NCBI GenBank assembly: GCA_029990205.1
Contig: JAPEKQ010000002.1
Coordinates: 96,845-160,844 of the forward strand
Reading direction: 5' to 3'
Length of the DNA: 64,000 bases
From: a bacterium
GTDB lineage: Bacteria; Joyebacterota; Joyebacteria; Joyebacterales; Joyebacteraceae
The notes beneath the pieces were generated by a model. The model did not search any database and was not told the DNA's origin. It was given only the letters and a program-made list of their open reading frames with translations. Below are positions 10,263-20,782 of the stretch, piece after piece (the first letter of the stretch is position 1; each line of letters begins with the position of its first letter). The translations under genes were made by a program, and so were the position numbers.

Positions 10263-10598
10263 CTAGAGGGGTTCTACCGTAAGGACCATGCCCTCGACCG
10301 AGACAACGCGAACCCGGCTTCCCGCCGCTACGTCCACGGCTGCCTCGGCGTTCCAGTACTCGCTGTGCACGTAGACCTTGCCCGTCGGCGCGACGTCGGT
10401 GATCGCCAGCCCCTTCTCACCGACGATGCCGGCCTGACCGGTCACCACCCGCCGCGACTGCGCCATGATCCCCACGGGCACGGCCACGATGAAGAACACG
10501 ATGAGAAGCGCGATGGCCGGGAAGATGGCGCTCTCCCCAAGACCGAAGAGCCGGAGCAGCGCCACGAGCAGGTCGATCAGACTCGTGTACTCGCCCAT
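10263..10598 (-). CDS. NfeD-family membrane protein (short form)
   Basis: Two TM segments followed by an OB-like tail: GKVYVHSEYWNAEA...GSRVRVVSVEGMVLTVEPL. This is the classic NfeD-stomatin pairing. Start at ATG 10598 with AGGGAGG upstream. Confidence 0.8.
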   Translation of the reverse strand: MGEYTSLIDLLVALLRLFGLGESAIFPAIALLIVFFIVAVPVGIMAQSRRVVTGQAGIVGEKGLAITDVAPTGKVYVHSEYWNAEAAVDVAAGSRVRVVSVEGMVLTVEPL

Positions 10599-10702
10599 GT
10601 CTGCCTCCCTTGACACCCCCATCCTGCGACAGGCGCGGCATACTGTCAATGGGTTTGCCGTGCCGCTTCACCGGGAGGAGTCTCCTGGTCACGCGCAGCC
10701 AC

Positions 10703-10741
10703 GGCACCGCAGCGCAAGCAAACGGGGGACCCGATGCGTCG
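10703..10741 (-). terminator. rho-independent-type terminator after hup
   Basis: ACGGGGGAUCCGA-cgca-UCGGGUCCCCCGU (13 bp including one G.U pair), followed by UUGCUUGCG. Confidence 0.6.
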
Positions 10742-10775
10742 GATCCCCCGTCGAATGCTGCTTGATCGTCCTGAA

Positions 10776-11060
10776 CTACTTCACGAAGTCCTTGAGCGAC
10801 TTGCCAGCCTTGAACTTCGGGTAGTAGTGAGCGCCGACGTGCTTGGTCTTGTCGGTGCCCGGGATCCGCCAGTCGCGGGCCGGACGATGATCGGCGCTGA
10901 AGGTACCGAAACCGGTGATCTGGATCTTGCCGTGAGCCTTGAGCTCGTCGGACAGCACACCACCACCGATGCCGAACAGAGCGTCGATGACGTCCTTCGC
11001 GGCGCGGTTGGAAAGACCGGTCTTGTCAGCCAGCTTCTCGATCAGCTCAGCCTTGTTCAT
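10776..11060 (-). CDS. hup: HU family DNA-binding protein
   Basis: MNKAELIEKLADKTGLSNRAAKDVIDALF...GFGTFSADHRPARDWRIPGT...PKFKAGK. Confidence 0.92.
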   Translation of the reverse strand: MNKAELIEKLADKTGLSNRAAKDVIDALFGIGGGVLSDELKAHGKIQITGFGTFSADHRPARDWRIPGTDKTKHVGAHYYPKFKAGKSLKDFVK

Positions 11061-11159
11061 CTGCCACTCCCCCTTCGGCTACGGACCGGATACTCCGATC
11101 CGACCTTCGGCCCAGTGCTCCCACAAACCTCGATATCACAACACATCGAATGTGCGGAC

Positions 11160-11189
11160 AAGCTACACCACGCCCCCAAATCTTGTCAA
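11160..11189 (-). promoter_or_regulatory. candidate sigma70-type promoter for hup
   Basis: Read on the minus strand: TTGACA, 18 nt, TAGCTT. It would give a leader of roughly 100 nt. Confidence 0.4.
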
Positions 11190-11193
11190 TAGC

Positions 11194-11217
11194 AAAGCCC
11201 CTAGAAAGTGGGGCTTT
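11194..11217 (-). terminator. terminator-like hairpin downstream of lptD
   Basis: AAAGCCCC-acuuucua-GGGGCUUU followed by GCUAUU. Confidence 0.5.
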
Positions 11218-11319
11218 CAGAGGGAGGGTTCACGCAGGGCGGGCATGTTCTCTATGGCGTTGTAGTGCCGGTATAAGTGCGGTCCGGAAGAAGGGATTCA
11301 GGACCCCCCGGAACAGGCC

Positions 11320-14300
11320 CTAGCGGACCGAGCGGCTGATGCTCTTCACGCCCGACTCCGCCTGTATGTCGGGCAGGGCCTTGACGTTAATACGGAAGTA
11401 GTACTGCCACTCCTCGTCGTAGTAGCGGCCCACGAACCGGGCCTCCCAGCAGTGCATGTCACGGTAGACGGCGTATTCCTGACTCGCGATCTCGGTTTCC
11501 GAGAGATCGTAGTGGAGGCTGTAGTTCACGCGCCAGTTCTCGGTCAGCGAGAGCGCAAGCTGCCCGTCGACCCAGTAGTTGGCCTCTCCCGGGTCCTCCC
11601 CACGCGAGTACCGGAAGGTCCCCGAGGCGCTCCACGGGCGTGATGTCGTGAGGTCCGCGGTCGAGCGCTCGGCCAGCTCGGCGCGAAGCTGGTCGGCCGG
11701 CGAGTGGCTCCCCTCGATGACCCGGTCCTCCCAGCTCAGATCGGACACGAGCGGCGGCCTCCCCGTCATGTTCATGCTCACGGTGATGTCCTGCCGCTCA
11801 AGATCCCAGTCGTAGGGATCGTGGGTGGTGTTGACGCGGACCGACGAGTTGTCGAACGGCTTGAGGTCGAGCCGCGAGACCAGGTTCGACCACGGTTCGT
11901 CATCTTCAGTGAAGTCGTGCGACGAGGTCATCGTGACGCTGAGGAAATCGTCCTTCTTGGTGACGGTCTCCCCGTCGCCCAACTTGAGCTGGAACTTGTT
12001 GATGAGCGAGAGCGACACGGACTGCCGCTCGCTCGGCGTGCTGCCGAACCCCGAGAAGCTGTAGAAGCGGTCAGTGTCGTCCTCATCGAAGTAGTCCGAG
12101 AACTCCGGGGTCCAGTTGTACGAGACCGATGGCTGGACGATGTGACGGACGCCCTCGAGCCCCGCGACACCGGGATAGAACGTGCCGTAGACCGTCGTAC
12201 CGGTCGAGACGCTCGCGTTGTAGGTGAATCTGGACGGGTACTCGTTGCCGTCCTTGTCGAGGTCGTACCAGTTCTGCTCGAGATTCACGCGGGGTGAGAG
12301 ATTCAGCCAGCCGAAGAGCTTCTCCGAGTAACGGACGGTCCCCTTGGCGCCGATGCCCTGGTGGATCTCGGTCCCGTCGTCCGATCGCTCGCGGTCGTTG
12401 ACACCTCGGGCGCTCCAGCTGTACGAGACCTTGGAGAGCCAGGACGCCAGTCCCGTCGCATCGTCGTCGGCGGTCACCAGCGGCTTCTGCGACGCGGACA
12501 CCTCGATCTTCGGCAGCAGCTCATCGATCGAACCCTCGTCGAGCTGCTCCTGCCGGTCGAGCGTGATGCCGGTCGAAAGACCGCTCCAGCTCCCGCGCAG
12601 CCAGAGCTGTGAGTGGAGGCTTCGGTTAACGCTCTCCTGGATCGACTGGTTCGCGTCGGTGGCGTAGGCCTGGTCGCTCCGGAAGTCCCCGGAGATACCG
12701 GCCGTCCACGTCCGTCCGAACTCCTGTCTGTGGTCGATCTGGAGGTCCCAGCGGCGCTTGTCGTAGAGAAGCTCCTGCATGAAGGAGGTCTGGACCGAAC
12801 CCGAGAGCTGATAGCGCACCTTGTACCGGGCCTCGAGGTTCGCGATCCACTGGGTCTGCTCGTAGTAGTCGAACCAGCCGGCGAGGTCCCAGTAGTCGCT
12901 CGGCGCCCAGTAGTAGCCGAAGTTCTTGACGAACCGACCGCTGCTGCCGGAGAACCCGACCTCGATCTGCGGGATGAGGAACCCCGAATGGCGGTCCTTC
13001 TTGATCGGGAAGACGTAGAACGGGAGCGCGAACACGGGAATCTCGCCGACATAGAGGACCACCGGCTTGGCGACGACCTTGTCGTCGAGATAGACCTTCA
13101 TGCGGCCCGCCTCAACACGATAGTGCGGCGTCGGCGCCCAGCAGGTCGTGTAGATGCCGCCCCACGCCCGGAGCGTGCCGTCCTCCTCACGAACGATCCG
13201 GTCACCGTAGTAGATTCCGTCCTCGAACCGCGTCACACCATCGATGACCGACCCGGCCCGTGCGTCCATGTCGTAGCCGAGCGCCTCACCGACGAGCCGT
13301 TCGTCCCTCTCCCGGAGATCGGGATTGCCCTCCGCTGTGAGAAGGTCCCTGTCCGGATCGAACTCCACGCGGTCGGCCGTGAGAACGGTCTCCTTGTACT
13401 CTGCGCTCGCTGAGCCGCTCAGGAGCATCCGGTTACGCGCGACGTAGTAGTCGAGCTGGTCGGCCGAGTACCCGACGCGCTCGAGCCGTACCGTGTCCGC
13501 GGCCGACGCGCTCACGTCGGCCTGGGCGACGGAGGACGGGTCCGCCGCCGCGAGGGTGTCGACGACCGCGAAGATGCTGTCGCCCAGCGACGCCTCGAAC
13601 TCGGGTGATTCGAGCACCGCGGCGTCATCGTCTGCGCCGCGCTCGTCGTCGTCGGGGCCGGCCGCCTGCTCCTCCGCGACCATCCAGTACTCGCCGGATG
13701 CGCCCTGCCGGAAGGTCGCGCGGCTGATGCGGCCATCGGTGAACCGGACGTCCACCTCGGGCGCCGAGACGGTGTTCCTCTCACCCTCGGTCCCGATAGC
13801 GTGCCCGCTCTCCGCGCTTCCCCGCACGGTCAGCAGATCCGGCTGCTCATCGGCGAAGAACAGGGTGAGCGTGTCTCCCAGAACATACCCGGACTCGGGC
13901 GGCTTGCCCTCCGAAGCTTCGAGTTCGTACGCGAGTCTGGCGTCCCCGGCCGAGACGAGTCGCGAGATCTGCTCGTCCTGCGCGTAGATGGTGATCTCGC
14001 GGCCGGAGAGCCGCTCGGTGGCGCGGTCCACGACCGGGTCTCCGGTCAGAAGGATGCTCTCCTCCGTCCCATCGATGAGGATAATGCGGCCGCTGCCGCG
14101 CACCTCGCCCCGTATGACGACGGCGTCACCGAGCGCGGTCACCGTGTCCTCCCTGGGTCGCAGTTCGATGACGCTTGCGGTGAGCACGGCGACGTCCGGG
14201 TCGGGCGTCGAGACCGTGTCCGGCGCGGCTGTCTCCCCCGCATCGATCGGGTCGACCGCATCGGGCGTATCGGACGGTTCCTCGACGAACCGTGTCTTGA

Positions 14301-15066
14301 GCACGGGGGCCTGTGACGCACGGGCCTCCCGCCTGCCGAAATCGTAGACGATCAAGCCCGCCGTGAGGTCCGAGCCGCTCTCCTCGTCGACCGCACGCGC
14401 GTTCCCGCGCGCCACGGCGATGTCATCTCTCCGGTGGATCTCGATCCGGGAGGCGGTGAGCACGCTGGCCGAATCCGCGAACGAGGCGTTCCCGGTGAGG
14501 ATCGCGAGGTCCTGCGCGCGGAAGTACTCGAGGACGTCGCACGCGATCTGCGATCCCCGGTCCTCGCCGTGCACGTTCCCACGGATGATCGCGATCTGGT
14601 CCTCTTCCCAGTAGATACCGTTGTCGCCGACGAGCGTGGCGCCGTCCTTCGTGATGGTCACGTTCCGGTCGAATCGCAGCCACCGGCGCCCATCGTCCTC
14701 GCCCGATTCCACCTGCTCGGCCGTGATGAGGAACCCGTCTCCCGACGCGGCCGCCGACTGCATCACGGGGTCCGTGATCTCCGGAACGGAGACCGGACCG
14801 GTGTCCCGACGCGGGTCGTACGAAACAGGCGCGCCGGTTCCGCTGACGCCCCCTGCGGCTCGGTCGGTGTCGGTGTCGGCCGATGCCGCGGTCGTGTCGC
14901 TCGTCGCGGCGGCCTCATCCGACTCATCCGGAGGCACATCGGGGATGTACCCCGTCCTGACCTCCTCGGCGGGACGCTGAGGCATGTCCGGGATCTGTCC
15001 GAAGGCAACCGACGCCGGGACGGCGGCGATGAGAAGCACAAGGAATGTCAGGCGTATGCTCTGCAT
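11320..15066 (-). CDS. lptD: LPS-assembly outer-membrane protein LptD with an expanded N-terminal OstA/LptA-like repeat region
   Basis: 1248 aa. Signal peptide MQSIRLTFLVLLIAAVPASVAFG. Several OstA-like segments, e.g. ITKDGATLVGDNGIYWEEDQIAIIRGNVHG and LTGNASFADSASVLTASRIEIHRRDDIAVARGNA. C-terminal beta-barrel region: FGYYWAPSDYWDLAGWFDYY... Confidence 0.72.
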   Translation of the reverse strand: MQSIRLTFLVLLIAAVPASVAFGQIPDMPQRPAEEVRTGYIPDVPPDESDEAAATSDTTAASADTDTDRAAGGVSGTGAPVSYDPRRDTGPVSVPEITDPVMQSAAASGDGFLITAEQVESGEDDGRRWLRFDRNVTITKDGATLVGDNGIYWEEDQIAIIRGNVHGEDRGSQIACDVLEYFRAQDLAILTGNASFADSASVLTASRIEIHRRDDIAVARGNARAVDEESGSDLTAGLIVYDFGRREARASQAPVLKTRFVEEPSDTPDAVDPIDAGETAAPDTVSTPDPDVAVLTASVIELRPREDTVTALGDAVVIRGEVRGSGRIILIDGTEESILLTGDPVVDRATERLSGREITIYAQDEQISRLVSAGDARLAYELEASEGKPPESGYVLGDTLTLFFADEQPDLLTVRGSAESGHAIGTEGERNTVSAPEVDVRFTDGRISRATFRQGASGEYWMVAEEQAAGPDDDERGADDDAAVLESPEFEASLGDSIFAVVDTLAAADPSSVAQADVSASAADTVRLERVGYSADQLDYYVARNRMLLSGSASAEYKETVLTADRVEFDPDRDLLTAEGNPDLRERDERLVGEALGYDMDARAGSVIDGVTRFEDGIYYGDRIVREEDGTLRAWGGIYTTCWAPTPHYRVEAGRMKVYLDDKVVAKPVVLYVGEIPVFALPFYVFPIKKDRHSGFLIPQIEVGFSGSSGRFVKNFGYYWAPSDYWDLAGWFDYYEQTQWIANLEARYKVRYQLSGSVQTSFMQELLYDKRRWDLQIDHRQEFGRTWTAGISGDFRSDQAYATDANQSIQESVNRSLHSQLWLRGSWSGLSTGITLDRQEQLDEGSIDELLPKIEVSASQKPLVTADDDATGLASWLSKVSYSWSARGVNDRERSDDGTEIHQGIGAKGTVRYSEKLFGWLNLSPRVNLEQNWYDLDKDGNEYPSRFTYNASVSTGTTVYGTFYPGVAGLEGVRHIVQPSVSYNWTPEFSDYFDEDDTDRFYSFSGFGSTPSERQSVSLSLINKFQLKLGDGETVTKKDDFLSVTMTSSHDFTEDDEPWSNLVSRLDLKPFDNSSVRVNTTHDPYDWDLERQDITVSMNMTGRPPLVSDLSWEDRVIEGSHSPADQLRAELAERSTADLTTSRPWSASGTFRYSRGEDPGEANYWVDGQLALSLTENWRVNYSLHYDLSETEIASQEYAVYRDMHCWEARFVGRYYDEEWQYYFRINVKALPDIQAESGVKSISRSVR

Positions 15067-15132
15067 GTGGACCGTGGGTCCTCGTGAGGTTGCGGGAGCG
15101 AGTGCGCGCGAGGCGCGCGCTGGCGGACCGGG

Positions 15133-16074
15133 CTACGGACGCGCGGATGCGGCCAGGAGCGCTGCGCCGACGACGCCGGCCTTGCGACCGAGTTCGGCCA
15201 TCACGATGCGGGTGGCCATGCCCTGGTAGATGGAGGTCCGCGCCGCGAACTCCCCGCGCGCGGTGTCCATCAGACTCGACCCGGCTGCGGCGACGCCGCC
15301 GCCGATGACGATGACATCCGGATCGAGGTAGGCGACGATGTTGGACAGGAGCACGCCGAGGGTGCGGCCGACATCGGCGGTGACGCTCCGGGCCAGCTGG
15401 TCGCCCGCGGCCGCGGCCTCACCGACGGCGCGTGCTGTGAGCGGCCCCGCGAGTTCCGCGAGCGCCGACTCCGCGCCTTCGTCCATCCGCTGCTTCGTCT
15501 GCACGACGAGCGACGCCGCGTTGACGAGCGGTTCGACACATCCGGTCGAGCCGCATCCGCATTGCACCCCGCCTGTCAGATCGATGACCGAGTGCCCGAT
15601 CTCGGCGGCGAATCCGTGGCTGCCGCGGTAGATGGAACCGCCCAGGACGATCCCGCCGCCGATGCCGGTGCCGATCGTGACCATGACGGCATTCGTAGCG
15701 CCCCGCGCCGCGCCTGCGGCGTACTCGCCGTAGGCGGCCGCGTTCGCGTCGTTCTCGAGAAGGACGGGAACGCCGAGCCGTCCGGCGAGCTCTTCGGCAA
15801 GTCTGACGTCGTGCCACTGTGGAAGATTCGGAGAGCGATGGACAACGCCGGCCTCGTGATCGACGAGGCCCGCACATCCACACCCGCAGATATCGAAGGA
15901 AAGCCCTGAGGAACTCCCGACCTCGGCGGCGAGACGCTCGACGGTCTCGAGGGCGTCGATCACGGCGCCGCCAGACCACGCGCTTGTCTCGAATGCGGCG
16001 ACGCGGCCGTCCTCGTGGACGACCGCCGCCTTGATGTTCGTTCCGCCGATGTCGATACCGAGACTGGTTGACAC
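15133..16074 (-). CDS. ROK-family glucokinase
   Basis: LGIDIGGTNIKAAVV, LENDANAAAYGE, and the zinc motif CGCGSTGCVE. GTG start. Confidence 0.85.
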   Translation of the reverse strand: MSTSLGIDIGGTNIKAAVVHEDGRVAAFETSAWSGGAVIDALETVERLAAEVGSSSGLSFDICGCGCAGLVDHEAGVVHRSPNLPQWHDVRLAEELAGRLGVPVLLENDANAAAYGEYAAGAARGATNAVMVTIGTGIGGGIVLGGSIYRGSHGFAAEIGHSVIDLTGGVQCGCGSTGCVEPLVNAASLVVQTKQRMDEGAESALAELAGPLTARAVGEAAAAGDQLARSVTADVGRTLGVLLSNIVAYLDPDVIVIGGGVAAAGSSLMDTARGEFAARTSIYQGMATRIVMAELGRKAGVVGAALLAASARP

Positions 16075-16077
16075 GCG

Positions 16078-17196
<1,119 letters not shown>

Positions 17197-17215
17197 CTAC
17201 GCCTCCCGGGCTCGC

Positions 17216-18562
17216 TCAGCCTTCGGAAGCCTCTCCGAAGCCGAGGCTCTTCATGATATCGCCTACAGTGTAGTGGGAACCGGTGATCAAGACAAGGTCT
17301 CCTTCGGCGGCGTCCGACACCGCCCGGGCGATCGCGGCGCCCGGCGAGGGGACGGCCACGGCCTCGACGTTGTGCTCCCGGGCCACCAGCGCAAGATCCT
17401 CCGCGCGGGCCGCCCTGGGGGTTCCCGGCTCCGTCAGAACGAACTGATCCGTCACATCGGCCAGAGCCCCTATGAACCCGGTTACGTCCTTGTCGGCCAT
17501 GAGCCCGAGAACGACGATCAGCCGGTCGTACTCGAATACCTCATCCAGAGCCGCCGCGAGCGAGTGGGCGGCCTCGGTGTTGTGAGCCACATCGACCAGC
17601 ACGGTCGGACGCCGGTCGAGGATCTGGAGCCTCCCGGTCGACATCGCCTCGGAGAGCCCGCTGCGGAGCCCCGGCTCGGTCAGCGTGAACAGCCCCTCCC
17701 GCGAGAGTTCGTGAACGGCGACGACGGCGTTGACCGCGTTGCTGACCTGGTGCCTCCCGAGCATCGACGTGCTCAGGTTGCGGTAGGCGTACTCGCCGTA
17801 CTCGAAGTTGAAGATGCTGCCGGTCGAGACGATCGAGACGCGTGTGAGTTCGGACTCCTCGCGAGTCGCGATGAACCGCGCCTCGAGCGCCGACGCCACG
17901 CCGCGGATGATCTCGAGCGCGTCACCCGTCGCGCCGCAGACGACCACGCCCTCGGGGCGGATGATCCCCGCCTTCTCCGACGCGATACGCCTCACGTCGT
18001 TGCCGAGCACCTCGACGTGGTCGAGCGCGATCCCCGTGATGACGGAGAGCATCGAATCGAGCGCGTTGGTGGCGTCGAGGCGGCCGCCGAGCCCGACCTC
18101 CGCGACGGCCACGTCCACCTTCTCATCTGAGAAGTAGAGCGCGGCGATCGCCGTGGCGATCTCGAAGAAGGTCGCGCCGATGTCGTCGGACGCGGGCTTC
18201 AGACGCTCGACGTAGTCGAGCACCCGGTCCCGCGCGATGCGCGCACCGTCGATGACGTACCGTTCCGTGAAATCCATGACGTGAGGCGACGTGAAGAGTC
18301 CCGTCCGGAGCCCGTGCTCCGAAAGGATGGACGCGATCAGATTGGACGTGGAGCCCTTGCCGTTGGTCCCGGCGACGTGGACGACGCGGAAGTCGTGATG
18401 GGGGTTCCCGACCGAGCCGAGCAGGTACTCCACCCGCTCGAGGCCGGGCTTCATAACGAAGCGGTGGCGTGCGAAGAGCCACTCCAGGCAGTCGCGGTAG
18501 TCCCTAAAGGCCCTGCCGTCGCGCCTGTCCAAGCGTGTCCTCCGCCTTGTCGCGCCCGTCAT
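17216..18562 (-). CDS. folC: bifunctional folylpolyglutamate synthase / dihydrofolate synthase
   Basis: VHVAGTNGKGST Mur-ligase P-loop. accD-folC adjacency as in many bacteria. Confidence 0.88.
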   Translation of the reverse strand: MTGATRRRTRLDRRDGRAFRDYRDCLEWLFARHRFVMKPGLERVEYLLGSVGNPHHDFRVVHVAGTNGKGSTSNLIASILSEHGLRTGLFTSPHVMDFTERYVIDGARIARDRVLDYVERLKPASDDIGATFFEIATAIAALYFSDEKVDVAVAEVGLGGRLDATNALDSMLSVITGIALDHVEVLGNDVRRIASEKAGIIRPEGVVVCGATGDALEIIRGVASALEARFIATREESELTRVSIVSTGSIFNFEYGEYAYRNLSTSMLGRHQVSNAVNAVVAVHELSREGLFTLTEPGLRSGLSEAMSTGRLQILDRRPTVLVDVAHNTEAAHSLAAALDEVFEYDRLIVVLGLMADKDVTGFIGALADVTDQFVLTEPGTPRAARAEDLALVAREHNVEAVAVPSPGAAIARAVSDAAEGDLVLITGSHYTVGDIMKSLGFGEASEG

Positions 18563-19406
18563 CGGTGAAGAAATCCAGGAGCTTCGCGAGCGCGCTCTTC
18601 AGCTCCTTGCGGTGCACGACGTGGTCGACCATGCCGTGCTCGAGGAGAAACTCCGAGGTCTGGAACCCCTCCGGGAGATCCTGCTTGATGGTCTGCTGGA
18701 TGACTCGCGGTCCCGCGAACCCGATCAGCGCCCCGGGCTCGGCCAGAATGACGTCGCCCAGCGAAGCGAAGCTGGCCGTCACGCCGCCGGTCGTCGGATG
18801 CGCCTGGATGGCGATGTGCGGAAGACCCTCGTCACGGAGCTTCGCGAGCATGGCGCTCGTCTTCGCCATCTGCATCAGCGAGAGGATGCCCTCCTGCATG
18901 CGGGCTCCGCCCGAGCTGGCGAGCGTCACGAGCGGCACGCGCTCCTCGATGGCCATACGGGTCAGGCGCGCGATCTTCTCCCCCATCACCGAGCCCATGC
19001 TCCCGCCCATGAAGGAGAAGTCGAGGACGGCGACCATGGCGAGATGCCCTTCGAGGCGCCCGCTCCCGGTGATCACGGCCGAGCTGTGCCCCGTCTTCTT
19101 CCTGGCGGCCGTGATTCGCTCCGAGTAGCGCTTCGAGTCCACGAACCCGAGCGGATCGGTCGATTCGAGACCCGTCAGAAGTTCGACGAACGACCCCTCG
19201 TCGATGAGGATCTCGACGTACTGGTCGCCCGAGATGCGGAAGTGATGACCGCACGACGGGCAGGTCCAGAGGTGCTTCTCGAGTTCCTTGTGATAGATGA
19301 TCTCGCCGCAGCCATCACACTTCTTCCAGAGTCCGTCCGGTACATCGCGCTTGGACGACTCCTTGATGCCCTGCCTGCGGCGCTTCAGCCACGAAGTCTC
19401 ATTCAT
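18504..19406 (-). CDS. accD: acetyl-CoA carboxylase carboxyltransferase beta subunit
   Basis: Zn ribbon CDGCGEIIYHKELEKHLWTCPSCGHHF, plus FSFMGGSMGSVMGEK. Start at ATG 19406 (MNETSW) with GGGAGA upstream. The longer track ORF N-terminus is Arg/Ser-rich filler. Confidence 0.9.
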   Translation of the reverse strand: MNETSWLKRRRQGIKESSKRDVPDGLWKKCDGCGEIIYHKELEKHLWTCPSCGHHFRISGDQYVEILIDEGSFVELLTGLESTDPLGFVDSKRYSERITAARKKTGHSSAVITGSGRLEGHLAMVAVLDFSFMGGSMGSVMGEKIARLTRMAIEERVPLVTLASSGGARMQEGILSLMQMAKTSAMLAKLRDEGLPHIAIQAHPTTGGVTASFASLGDVILAEPGALIGFAGPRVIQQTIKQDLPEGFQTSEFLLEHGMVDHVVHRKELKSALAKLLDFFTDDGRDKAEDTLGQARRQGL

Positions 19407-19476
19407 GCCGGTCTCCCGGTGTGAGATGGTGTCGTGCGGGCGATCGGGTGTCGCACGTGCGCTCATCATGGCACGA

Positions 19477-20307
19477 TTAGAGGCGCTCGGCAACCCCTGA
19501 GACCAGGCTCAGAAGGGCCTGTCCGCCGAGCCGCCCCGCGTCGAGGACCTCGCGGTGCGTGGTAGGCCCCGGCCCGCCGGGGATGTTGGTGATCAGGGCG
19601 ACACCGAGCGAGTCGAGCCCGAGAGCGGTCGCCGTCTGGATCTCGATGACCGTCGACATGCCGATGGCCGATGCGCCGATGCGGCGGAGCATCCGGATCT
19701 CGGCGGGGGTCTCGTAGGTCGGTCCGAGCGCGCCGGCGTAGACGCCGCGGCGGAGCTGGATGCGGCGCTCGCGCGCGACCTCTGTGGCAAGCTCCCGCAG
19801 GCGAGGCGTGTAGGCGTCCGCCATCCGGAACGGAAGCGCCGGGAGACGACGGGGACCCGTGACGAGCGCGAGCTGGTCGGTGATCAGCATCAGCTCGCCC
19901 GCGTTGAAATCCGGGTCGAGTCCACCCGAGGCGTTGGTCACAACGAACGTATCGACTCCGAGGGCGGCCATCAACCTGACGGTGAACGTGACCTCGAACG
20001 GCTCATATCCCTCGTAGAGATGGACGCGTCCCGCGAAGACGAGCGCGCGGTGCCCGCCGATGTCCGCCACGAGAAGCGTTCCGCTGTGCCCGGAGACGGT
20101 GGAACGCGGGAACCCGGGGATCTTGTCGTACGACCACGAGTCGAGAACGTCGATGCCGCCGGTGAACGACGTGAGTCCGGAACCGAGCACGATGCCCAGC
20201 TTCGGATCACCCGCGCCGTTCTTCCGAAGCCACGCCGCTGCCCGGCTGAGCCTCTTCTCCTCGGCCGGCGTCGTTCTGAGTTCACCCCGTTCGCGCTCTG
20301 CCGTCAT
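19477..20307 (-). CDS. punA: purine nucleoside phosphorylase (trimeric PunA/PNP family)
   Basis: GIVLGSGL...IPGFPRSTVSGHSGTLLV...GRVHLYEGY...VTNASGGL...GMSTV. ATG 20305-20307 forms an ATGA overlap with the rimI stop. The 413-aa track ORF is an upstream artefact. Confidence 0.88.
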   Translation of the reverse strand: MTAERERGELRTTPAEEKRLSRAAAWLRKNGAGDPKLGIVLGSGLTSFTGGIDVLDSWSYDKIPGFPRSTVSGHSGTLLVADIGGHRALVFAGRVHLYEGYEPFEVTFTVRLMAALGVDTFVVTNASGGLDPDFNAGELMLITDQLALVTGPRRLPALPFRMADAYTPRLRELATEVARERRIQLRRGVYAGALGPTYETPAEIRMLRRIGASAIGMSTVIEIQTATALGLDSLGVALITNIPGGPGPTTHREVLDAGRLGGQALLSLVSGVAERL

Positions 20308-20774
20308 GCGCCATCGTCTCCTCTGAGGTCGGCGAGCATCACAACCGCATCCTCGCCGTTGTCGGCGTAGTATCCCTTGCGCACCGCGACGGGCCGGAAC
20401 CCGTGCCGCTCGTAGAGCGCTATCGCCCGCGCGTTCGACGCCCGAACCTCGAGCGTCGCGATGGCCGCTCCGCCGTCGACGGCCTCCTCGAGAGCGGTCC
20501 GGAGCAGCTCGGTGCCGACCCCCCGGTCCCAGCACCCGGCCGCGACGGCGAGATTGCCGATGTGGAGTTCGTCGGCGACGGGCCAGGAGATGAGAAACCC
20601 GAGGATCTCGCCGCGCTCCTCCGCCACCAGGCAGAGCGAGCGGTGACCCTTGTCGATGTCGCTCGCGAACGACTCGCGCGGCCACGGAGCGGGAAAAGTC
20701 TCCTCCTCGATTCCGCACACGCCGTCAAGGTCGCCGTGTGTCATGTTCCGTATGCGGACGTTTCTCCGCCCCAC
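20304..20774 (-). CDS. rimI: ribosomal-protein-alanine N-acetyltransferase
   Basis: GNAT fold: LHIGNLAVAAGCWDRGVGTELL...ARAIALYERHGF. GTG start with AGGAGG overlapping the tsaB stop. Confidence 0.82.
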   Translation of the reverse strand: MGRRNVRIRNMTHGDLDGVCGIEEETFPAPWPRESFASDIDKGHRSLCLVAEERGEILGFLISWPVADELHIGNLAVAAGCWDRGVGTELLRTALEEAVDGGAAIATLEVRASNARAIALYERHGFRPVAVRKGYYADNGEDAVVMLADLRGDDGA

Positions 20775-20782
20775 GCTGCCTC

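Noticed and set aside
19477-20718. Long N-terminal extensions of track ORFs. Examples: the 413-aa version of the PNP gene, 27771..28976, 35800..37812, 53719..55338, 59176..60459, and 60221..60973 upstream of gltX.
   Set aside because: The extensions are Arg/Gly/Pro-rich and overlap neighbouring genes or promoters. They end at internal ATG/GTG codons that have SD sequences and give canonical family N-termini or signal peptides.
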